DNA of 64,000 nucleotides from Candidatus Binatia bacterium (GTDB lineage Bacteria > Desulfobacterota > Binatia > UBA9968 > CAXXLF01), in NCBI GenBank assembly GCA_963664015.2, contig CAXXLF010000001.1, positions 384,001 to 448,000 on the forward strand, in the 5' to 3' direction. A model generated the notes under the pieces. It saw only the letters and a program-made list of their open reading frames with translations, ran no database searches and was not told the origin of the DNA. Positions 57,030 through 64,000 of this stretch are shown here, in pieces. Each line of letters starts with the position of its first letter. The first letter of the stretch is position 1. Both the position numbers and the translations under genes were made by a program.

Positions 57030-58250
57030 ATGTTTACTAGGTTCCTTAAGCCGTTTCGGTTATCGCTGCTCGGTTTTATCATACCCCTTATTGCATTATC
57101 GGTAGTAACCCTGTCGGGTGCGGCTCAAAGTGGAAGAGCCTTTAATCTCATCCTCTCCTATACGGATGTGACCGTCGGCCCCGGTCAAGATTTCGAGATG
57201 GACGTTGACGTGGTCAATCCGGGGAAGGAGCCCGTCCTGGTCAAACTACAGACCGACTCGGTCCCTGGAGGCTGGGAAGCCGCCTTTCACTCCCGTTACC
57301 CTAGCTTTCCCGTGCGGTCGGTCATGGTGGAGGGAGAAAAATCCAAGACCCTGGAGTTCAAGGTCAAGGTCCCGGATAAAGTTGATGGCAAAACCTTCAC
57401 CATTAAAGTTTCAGCCAAAGACAGGCGGGGTGGCTCGGCACAATCCGAGACGATAACCTTTCGCCTAGTTGCCAAAAAGGTCGAAACTGGAGGGCTCAAG
57501 CTGGAAAGCCAATACCCGGAATTGACCGGTCCGACCAATCAAACTTTCAAGTTCAGCGTTGATCTCAAAAACGAAACCGACAAAGACCTCACCACAGCCG
57601 TATCGGGGCAAGCACCCTCCGGGTGGCGGGTCCTTGTAAAACCCCAGTTCGACGATAATATCCTCTCCTCCATCGCCCTTAAGAAAAGCGCCTCTCAAAC
57701 CCTGAGCGTGGAGATCGAAGCTCCGACGCTCGCCGAGGCCGGCGAATATCCCATTAGCTTCACGGCGCTATCGGGACCCTTCAAGGCCGAAAAGCAGTTC
57801 AAAGTGATATTGACCGGTACTTATGATTTCATCATGGGAGTGCCCACTCCGGGTGACCGGCTGGCCCTCAGGCTCAACACTTCGGTTAAAGTAGGCAAAA
57901 AATCCGACGTGGATTTCGTGATCGTCAATACGGGGACGGCTCCCCTTCTCAACCTAACCTTCAAATCTACTAAACCCGAGGGCTGGACTTTGGAGTTCGA
58001 ACCAAAGAAAATCGACTCACTCAAGCCGGGAGATTTCCGCCAGATCGTCACTTCGATTCAGACCGCTGACCGAACCATTGCGGGAGATTATCTTTTGAAC
58101 GTAACTTCAAAAAATCCGGACGCCACCAAGAACATCGACTTCCGAGTCACCGTAGCACCACCGACACTTTGGGGCTGGATTGGCGCCCTGATCGTCGCTC
58201 TCGTCATCCTCGGGCTATCAGCTGTCTTTTACCGTTTGGGCCGACGATGA
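57030..58250 (+). CDS. Exported/membrane-anchored protein with repeated Ig-like (NEW3/COG1470-like) domains
   Basis: Signal-like N terminus; three repeats with P.GW motifs (VPGGW, APSGW, KPEGW); C-terminal TM ending RLGRR. First gene of an ABC-2 operon. Confidence 0.75.
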   Translation: MFTRFLKPFRLSLLGFIIPLIALSVVTLSGAAQSGRAFNLILSYTDVTVGPGQDFEMDVDVVNPGKEPVLVKLQTDSVPGGWEAAFHSRYPSFPVRSVMVEGEKSKTLEFKVKVPDKVDGKTFTIKVSAKDRRGGSAQSETITFRLVAKKVETGGLKLESQYPELTGPTNQTFKFSVDLKNETDKDLTTAVSGQAPSGWRVLVKPQFDDNILSSIALKKSASQTLSVEIEAPTLAEAGEYPISFTALSGPFKAEKQFKVILTGTYDFIMGVPTPGDRLALRLNTSVKVGKKSDVDFVIVNTGTAPLLNLTFKSTKPEGWTLEFEPKKIDSLKPGDFRQIVTSIQTADRTIAGDYLLNVTSKNPDATKNIDFRVTVAPPTLWGWIGALIVALVILGLSAVFYRLGRR

Positions 58251-59206
58251 GCGCGATCATTGCAACTAAAGGTCTGACCAAGCGCTACCGGGACCTGATC
58301 GCAGTTAACGATCTCAACCTCGACGTTGAACAAAAAGAGATATTCGGGTTCCTCGGCCCCAACGGTTCCGGCAAGACGACGACTATCCTGATGCTCCTGG
58401 GGCTGACCGAACCGACGGGCGGTGATGCCACCGTCTGTGGTTTTAATCCAACCAGAAACCCGTTGGAGGTAAAAAGACGTGTCGGCTACCTTCCCGAGAG
58501 CCCGGGCTTTTACGAGGACCTTAGCGCCGAGGACAACCTGCTCTATATCGGTCGCCTGAACCGGGTCGATGGCATTGAGAACGGACATCGCATCGGGGAG
58601 GTCCTTGAACAAGTGGAACTCGCCGCCGAGAAGAATCGCCCGGTGAGAGAATTTTCCCGCGGTATGAAGCAGAGGCTAGGCTTTGCCGAGGTCCTGATCA
58701 AGGAACCTGAGGTTATCATACTGGATGAGCCGACACTCGGGATCGATCCCGATGGCGTCAACCGAATCCTTGACCTGATCCTCAGCCTCAATCGGGATCA
58801 GGGACTCACGGTCATGCTCAGCTCTCACCTACTCCACCAGGTACAGCGGATCTGCAACCGTATCGGAATCATCGTCAACGGCAAAATGATCGTCCATGGC
58901 ACGGTGGATGTGCTAGGCAAAGCCATCCTCAGAGAGCACCAGTGGAATTTCCTGCTCGAGGTTGCGGGTCAAACGGATCAGTTGCAGTCGGATCTCGAGT
59001 TGCTTCCCGGTGTCGGCAAGGTAGAGCCGCGCGTGAACGGTTGGTTCTTACGTTGCACCAAAGACGTACGAGCCGAACTGGTTTCCCTGGTTCAGGGAAA
59101 GGGCTGCTCACTACTGCAACTGCGCTCCGAGGACCCTACATTGGAGGAGATATATCTCAAATACTTTCGGGACGAGGGTAAACAGCCAGTTGCAAATAGC
59201 GAATAG
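58247..59206 (+). CDS. ABC-2 type ATP-binding protein
   Basis: GPNGSGKTT, FSRGMKQR, ILDEPT, SSHLL. ATGA overlap with the upstream gene. Confidence 0.92.
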   Translation: MSAIIATKGLTKRYRDLIAVNDLNLDVEQKEIFGFLGPNGSGKTTTILMLLGLTEPTGGDATVCGFNPTRNPLEVKRRVGYLPESPGFYEDLSAEDNLLYIGRLNRVDGIENGHRIGEVLEQVELAAEKNRPVREFSRGMKQRLGFAEVLIKEPEVIILDEPTLGIDPDGVNRILDLILSLNRDQGLTVMLSSHLLHQVQRICNRIGIIVNGKMIVHGTVDVLGKAILREHQWNFLLEVAGQTDQLQSDLELLPGVGKVEPRVNGWFLRCTKDVRAELVSLVQGKGCSLLQLRSEDPTLEEIYLKYFRDEGKQPVANSE

Positions 59207-59479
59207 TTGTTAGCCCGATGTCGGAGGTCGGCAAAAAATCAATAGTCATTGGTCAACGGCGAATAGAAAATAGTTAATAGTTATTAGTCAACAGTTAATC
59301 GAAAAACCAGCACGGAACTACTGACTACGGACCACACCAACTCAAAGAACCCAACAAAACAGATCAACCAAACAAACTAGATAAACTAAACGATCCCGAA
59401 AAACTCAAGAAACGCAATAAACTCGATCAACTCGACAAAGATAGAAGAGATAGACCAAGGATATAAGGACGGAGCTAAT
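59207..59479. repeat. Layered intergenic repeat cassette including inverted core copy (59290-59348)
   Basis: GCAAATAGCGAATAG (supplies the upstream stop codon), GATGTCGGAGGTCGG, TCAATAG runs, the core CACGGAACTACTGACTACGGACCACACCAACTCAAAGA, then 9-mer runs. Confidence 0.85.
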
Positions 59480-60376
59480 ATGGGTGTTGTTTTTTGGAAG
59501 GAACTTTCGGACCATTTCGGCAGTCGACGCTTTTTTATCCTGCTGATCTTAATACTGCTAACGGGGCTTTGGGCCGTTTTTAGCTCCGGCCAAGCCATCC
59601 GGGATCTGGCACAAGAGATTCCAACAGAGTTTGTCTTCCTGCTTCTTCTCACCGCCCAGCCGGGAACCGCTTTTTCATTAGCTGGCTTTTTGATGTTCTT
59701 TGGTCCCCTGGTAGGCATCACTCTGGGTTTTGACTCAATCAGTGGCGAATATGCAGGAGGGACCTTGAGCCGTGTCCTATCCCAACCTATTTACCGTGAC
59801 AATCTGATCACCGGGAAATTCCTCGCAGGGCTTGCCACGGTTGCGATCTTTTGGGCCGCTATTTTACTCATTGTAATCGGCTTCGGCATCGTGCTTTTGG
59901 GCTTTCCTCCAAATGCAGAGGAACTGTGGCGGATGCTGATCTTTACGGTAGCAGGTATCCTGTATGTAGGGTTCTGGCTCGCACTAGCCTCACTTTTCTC
60001 TCTACTCTTTAAACGCACGGTCACGGCAGCCTTGGCCTCCCTCGCTACGTGGCTGTTCCTTGCGGTCTTTTTCGGCATGATCGCTCAGGGCGTCGCGGCG
60101 CTCTTCAACTCGACCAATCACAACATACAGCTAATGATCAGCCGGATTTCACCCAATTTCCTGTTTGCCGATGCCATTCGCATTCTGATCGATCCCCGGG
60201 GCGAGATCCTCGAACGAGCGACTCGAGGCCAAGCCGCGGGAATCCTCCCCACCCCTCTGGACCTCGGGCAGAGTTTGGCGGTGATCTGGCCGCATCTGAC
60301 CACCTTGTTCGCCCTCGTCGCAATTTGTTTCGGGATTGCTTATATCAAGTTTATGCGGGAAGAAATACGTGCGTAG
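59480..60376 (+). CDS. ABC-2 type permease
   Basis: KELSDHF, GFDSISGE..GGTL.RVLSQPI.RD..I.GKF, about six TM helices. Confidence 0.9.
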   Translation: MGVVFWKELSDHFGSRRFFILLILILLTGLWAVFSSGQAIRDLAQEIPTEFVFLLLLTAQPGTAFSLAGFLMFFGPLVGITLGFDSISGEYAGGTLSRVLSQPIYRDNLITGKFLAGLATVAIFWAAILLIVIGFGIVLLGFPPNAEELWRMLIFTVAGILYVGFWLALASLFSLLFKRTVTAALASLATWLFLAVFFGMIAQGVAALFNSTNHNIQLMISRISPNFLFADAIRILIDPRGEILERATRGQAAGILPTPLDLGQSLAVIWPHLTTLFALVAICFGIAYIKFMREEIRA

Positions 60377-60409
60377 ACTGACCAGACAACAGACGTCGAA
60401 GATCAGGTA

Positions 60410-60790
60410 ATGCAGCTGAACTCGGCGAAGGACCTGGATGTTTATAAGAAAATCTACCAATTGGCTATGAAGGTCTTCGAAATGAGCAAAGACTTCGCCG
60501 CCGAGGAGAGATTTGCTTTAACAAGCCAAATTCGGCGGGCATCACGTTCTGTTTGCCTGAATCTACGTGAGGCCTGGGCAACGAGAAGGTATGAAGCGTA
60601 TTTTGTAAGTAAACTAACTGATTGCAACGGAGAAAACAGTGAGACGGATTCCGCTTTAGATTTCTCCAAATATTGCGGTTACATCACACGATAGCAACAT
60701 CATGAATTGGTGGCCCTTTGTCAACAAGTTGGCAAGATGCTCGGTAGCATGCTCAAGAATCCCGGGCCCTTTCTAACCTCCGAGCGCTGA
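60410..60790 (+). pseudogene. Four-helix-bundle protein (TIGR02436/IVS-protein/Avd-like) with in-frame TAG at 60692-60694
   Basis: KDLDVYKK...F..EERFALTSQIRRASRSV..NL.EAW..RRY...F.SKL.D..GE..ET. After the TAG the frame continues QHHELVALCQQVGKMLGSMLKNPGPF* as the expected fourth helix. Confidence 0.85.
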
Positions 60791-60908
60791 TTTTTTGACT
60801 TCTGACCTCTGAGTTCTGTCGTTCTTTACCCCTTTGCACGGGGCATCTATTTCCTGACTGATCTCCGATGTCTGACTTCTGATCTCTGCCCTCTGACCTC
60901 CGCCCCCT
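60791..60908. repeat. TCTGACC/TCTGATC 7-mer run, inverted relative to the run upstream of the four-helix gene; may act as a terminator between convergent genes
   Basis: TGACTTCTGACCTCTGA...CTGATCTCCGATGTCTGACTTCTGATCTCTG, against upstream CAGACGTCGAAGATCAG at 60390-60406. Confidence 0.7.
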
Positions 60909-61358
60909 CTAATTCCCTTCCAGGTTCTTTCGAATCGCCTCGACAAACTCGGCCATGACCTGGTCGGCTTTTCGCTTGATGATACTACCGCCGAGGGCGG
61001 CCATTTTGCCTAATATTTCCAACGAAACGGTTACCGACATGAGGGTTCCGGGGTCCTCGTCCTTCAGCTTCACCTCCAAATTGACCGTCATGAGACTGCC
61101 GACCTTGCTATCGTTACCCGTGGCGCGGGCCTTGATGAGGGCGAGCGGCACACTATTCTCCACCTCGATCTTCATCGGGAACTTTACCCGAAAAGGCCCC
61201 ACTTTCTCTTCCATCGTAGCAGTATAGACCTTTCCATTTTCGACCGTGCTGGCCTCTTTGCAACCGGGCACACAGGTGATAAATCGGTCCACATCCCAGA
61301 GAAACTGCCACACCTTTTCCCTCGGTGCGCTTATTGCTATATCCTTTTCAAATTGCAT
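60909..61358 (-). CDS. coxG: CoxG/SRPBCC family protein
   Basis: I.APREKVWQFL.D....CVPG, KVGP, GKMAALG..IIK.KAD. Confidence 0.8.
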   Translation of the reverse strand: MQFEKDIAISAPREKVWQFLWDVDRFITCVPGCKEASTVENGKVYTATMEEKVGPFRVKFPMKIEVENSVPLALIKARATGNDSKVGSLMTVNLEVKLKDEDPGTLMSVTVSLEILGKMAALGGSIIKRKADQVMAEFVEAIRKNLEGN

Positions 61359-61629
61359 TTCTCACTCCTTAAATAGTTAGAATTCGGAGGTTGGAAGTCA
61401 GAGATCAGTTGGAAAAAAGACAACTCGCACTGTGGGGGGACCAGTTGCGACCGAGACTGCTCAGCACGGCTGTGACGTCTACTCCACAGGGCAAGAGGAC
61501 GCCAAGTTTGAAAAATTGAACACATCTCTTTCTAAGCTTGGCGTCTTGGCGCGAGAAACATTAGTATTCCTGATCTCCGAACTCTGACTTCTGATCTCTG
61601 ATCTCTGGCTAACATCTATTTTCCATTTT
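61359..61629. repeat. Nested inverted-repeat spacer with hairpin element 61424-61495 (40-nt loop)
   Basis: Outer 7-mer inverted repeat (GTCAGAGATCAG / CTGATCTCTG); middle GACGCCAAG / CTTGGCGTC; inner CTCGCACTGTGG...TACTCCACAGGGCAAG. Confidence 0.8.
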
Positions 61630-62778
61630 CTAATGCCCCCCTGTCATCTCCAAATAACGCTTGAGGCGCTCCATACCGGCCTCGATGTTATCCACCGAAT
61701 TTGCATAACAAAACCTCAAGTAACCTTCCCCATTGGCCCCAAAGTCTATGCCCGGAGTCACCCCCAATTGAACCTTTTCTAGAATATCCATGGCCGTCTT
61801 GAGCGAATCCTCGCCTAATCGTCTGGCGTTGACAAAGACGTAAAAGGCGCCTTTCGGCTCGTGCTCGATGGTAAATCCCAATCGCCTCAGTCCGTCGATT
61901 AAGATCCGTCGTCTTTTATCGTAGATCGTCACCATCTTGGCAACCTCCGGTGCCGCCTCTTTGAGGGCCGTAATTCCGGCCCACTGCACAAAGGCGTTCG
62001 CCGAAATGAGCAGGTTTTGATGTACCTTTTGCACTGTCCGCATAAACCCTTTTGGTACAACGACATAGCCCAGGCGCCATCCCGTCATGGCATAGAGTTT
62101 TGAAAAACCGTTGAAGACAAAGGCCTGATCCGTGTACTCGAGAACCGAGTGCGCATCCTCTCCGTAGGTGAGACCGTGGTAGATTTCGTCGGATAGAATG
62201 ATGGGCCCCATTTGAGCAATCTTTGCCATTCTTTCGGGAGTGAGCAGCATACCGGTGGGATTGGCCGGTGAATTGATTAGAATCCCCTTAGTCCTGGAGG
62301 ACATCTTTTTTTCAATGGCCGCAGGATGCAACTGAAATCCATCGTCCTCGAAGATCTCGACCGCCACGGGGAGCGCTCCCCGGTCTGCAATCATATTGGC
62401 GTAGCAGGCATAACCGGGATCAGGCAGCAAGACCTCGTCACCGTCCTCGAGGAGGGTGGACAGTGTCAGGTAGATGCCCGGTGAGCTCCCGGCAGTCACC
62501 AGAATATTATCCGGTGACACCCGAACACAGTTGCCATTCCACAAATGCTCGCTAATAGCCTCCCGGAGTTCCAGTAGACCCAGACTATGGGTGTAATGGG
62601 TTTTGCCTTCCCGCAATGCCCGGATCGCTGCTTCCTTGATGACTTCCGGGGTGTCGAAGTCAGGCTCGCCTACCTCTAGATGGATAACGGGTTTGCCGGC
62701 GCGCTCCATCTCCTGGGCGCATTCCATGACCTCCATTACGAGAAAGGGGGTCATCGCGTTCGATTTACGAGAAATCAT
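61630..62778 (-). CDS. PLP-dependent class I/II aminotransferase (aspartate aminotransferase-like)
   Basis: LEVGEPDFDTP, THYT, NSPANPTG, SDEIY, NGFSKLYAMTGWRLG, PKGAFY. Confidence 0.92.
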   Translation of the reverse strand: MISRKSNAMTPFLVMEVMECAQEMERAGKPVIHLEVGEPDFDTPEVIKEAAIRALREGKTHYTHSLGLLELREAISEHLWNGNCVRVSPDNILVTAGSSPGIYLTLSTLLEDGDEVLLPDPGYACYANMIADRGALPVAVEIFEDDGFQLHPAAIEKKMSSRTKGILINSPANPTGMLLTPERMAKIAQMGPIILSDEIYHGLTYGEDAHSVLEYTDQAFVFNGFSKLYAMTGWRLGYVVVPKGFMRTVQKVHQNLLISANAFVQWAGITALKEAAPEVAKMVTIYDKRRRILIDGLRRLGFTIEHEPKGAFYVFVNARRLGEDSLKTAMDILEKVQLGVTPGIDFGANGEGYLRFCYANSVDNIEAGMERLKRYLEMTGGH

Positions 62779-63173
62779 TTGGAAGTTAGAGGTCAGAAAG
62801 CCAGAGATCAGACATCGGAATTCGGAGGTCAGAGGTCAGTTGGGAAAAAGATCACTCGCCCTGTGGAGTATTGATCTCAACGTAGGCCGAGTATACCCCC
62901 AAGGGCTTACTCCACGGGGCGAGCGCAAAGATGCAAAGGGCGCCAAGTTCATCGGGTTATTTGGGTTTGTTGGGTTGCTTGCGTTTATTGAGGCCATCTA
63001 GTCAGTCTCGTTTCTCTGGCCTGCCCCGTAAAATTGCACTGGGAAGACTCTCGTAGCTCTACCGGCGAGGTATTTCACTGGGCGCTATGCTCTTTGCGTT
63101 TTACCGTTGACGATTGACCGATAACCATTGACAATTAAGTACTTACTTTTTGCGATTCGCCATTTGCTATTGG
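62779..63173. repeat. Layered spacer with two hairpin elements (62855-62923, 37-nt loop; 63023-63084, 35-nt loop)
   Basis: CTCGCCCTGTGGAGTA...TACTCCACGGGGCGAG; GCCCCGTAAAATT...TATTTCACTGGGC; flanking 7-mer, 9-mer and CGCAAAG runs. Confidence 0.8.
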
Positions 63174-64000
63174 CTACCGGGAATCGGCCATACTGTCCCT
63201 AAGGTCTTTAAACTCTTTGCCAAGGTAATCCTTGAGTTTTTTCTTAACCCGTTCTTCGATTTGCCGTACCCGTTCACGACTGATTCCAAACTCCTCCCCT
63301 ATCTCTCTTAGGGTCGAGGGTTGGTCCGACAACAATCTCTGTTGGAAGATAAACAATTCTTTATCCTTCAGCCCTTTGGCAAACTGCTGGATCTTTTCCT
63401 TCAATACACTACGAAATTCCGTTTCCGCGAATATCTCCTCCGGATTCTGGTTCTCGTCGGCCAATAGGTGGAGAAGCGTCACGTCGCTATCACCCCCAAC
63501 GGGAACGTCGGTGGAGAGATCCCTATTGGATAGACGCTGATCCATCTCTATGACCTCTCCCTCTTTCACATCCAGACGCTGCGCTAAGAGCTTTGGCCCC
63601 GGCGTGTAACCTTCCGCTTCCAATTTCTCCTTTTCCTTCAAGAGATTGAAGAAGAGGCGCCGTTGCGCCTGAGTCTTTCCGATCTTCACCATCCGCCAGT
63701 TGTTCATTACGTAGCGAATGATATAGGCCCGGACCCACCAGACCGCATATGAAGGGAAACGTACGCCCCGATAGGGATCGAACTTTTTGAGGGCCTCCAT
63801 GAGACCGACGTTTCCCTCCTGGATCAAATCCAAAAGGCTTCGGAAGGCCTTTTCATATTCCCGGGCGATCATGACGACTAACCTGAGGTTTGACGTGAGC
63901 AGTTTATAGACCGCTTTGATATTACCGAATTCTTTATACTGGACTGCCAGATCGTGCTCTTCCTCGCGTGTTAATAAGGGGTAGCGACGGATTTCGGTCA
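63174..64000 (-). CDS. rpoH: RNA polymerase sigma-32 factor (N terminus beyond the right edge)
   Basis: Frame is open to the edge (EIRRYPLLTREEE...SNLRLVV). DLIQEGNVGL, FDPYRGVRF, RpoH box QAQRRLFFNL, and region-4 TLREIGEEFGISRERVRQIE. Confidence 0.9.
   Translation of the reverse strand, partial: TEIRRYPLLTREEEHDLAVQYKEFGNIKAVYKLLTSNLRLVVMIAREYEKAFRSLLDLIQEGNVGLMEALKKFDPYRGVRFPSYAVWWVRAYIIRYVMNNWRMVKIGKTQAQRRLFFNLLKEKEKLEAEGYTPGPKLLAQRLDVKEGEVIEMDQRLSNRDLSTDVPVGGDSDVTLLHLLADENQNPEEIFAETEFRSVLKEKIQQFAKGLKDKELFIFQQRLLSDQPSTLREIGEEFGISRERVRQIEERVKKKLKDYLGKEFKDLRDSMADSR

Noticed and set aside
60692-60694. Amber readthrough, pyrrolysine or alternative genetic code
   Set aside because: TAG is an ordinary stop for many genes here (dtd, trmL, rfaH, rpoH). 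A nonsense mutation or sequencing error is simpler.
60410-60790. 23S rRNA intervening sequence
   Set aside because: No rRNA sequence flanks the gene.
49847-63084. Integron attC sites
   Set aside because: The arms lack RYYYAAC/GTTRRRY ends, the flanking genes are housekeeping, and no integrase is present.
49239-63173. CRISPR array
   Set aside because: No tandem identical direct repeats with regular spacers and no cas genes. The spacer-sized loops are single and enclosed by inverted arms.

Overview
Bacterial DNA, roughly 50-55% GC by eye. Gene content (rpoH, coxG, lgt, trmL) and repeat style suggest a deltaproteobacteria-like or Binatia-like lineage; this is inference only. About 1-52.8 kb is one co-oriented minus-strand surface-glycan locus headed by a degenerate RAYT-like gene and an RfaH/NusG paralogue. 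It contains: (i) a CDP-3,6-dideoxyhexose module plus gmd, including an RmlD-like/RfbH(DdhC) fusion; (ii) a legionaminic-acid-type nonulosonate module with a WbuX/HisH/HisF amidotransferase trio; (iii) a transaldolase/GmhA/GmhB/HldE-like/epimerase/Gfo/UGD-like block that parallels the lincosamide NDP-octose pathway; (iv) two DegT aminotransferases, two ThDP enzymes (one with a broken cofactor motif), and 2OG, methyltransferase and B12-radical-SAM tailoring enzymes; (v) two TIGR04372-like glycosyltransferases, a PglK-like ABC flippase, a DprE1-like oxidase and further GTs. About 53-64 kb is backbone: aroE-like, lgt, dtd, trmL, an ABC-2 system, a four-helix-bundle pseudogene, coxG, an aminotransferase and rpoH. 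From about 48.9 kb onward most long intergenic spacers hold an ordered, nested set of degenerate 7-mer/9-mer repeats, REP-like palindromes and conserved hairpins with unique 35-40 nt loops. The same repeat units also sit in frame inside one gene. No rRNA, tRNA, CRISPR array, integrase or reverse transcriptase was recognised. All calls come from reading motifs by eye; no database searches were run.
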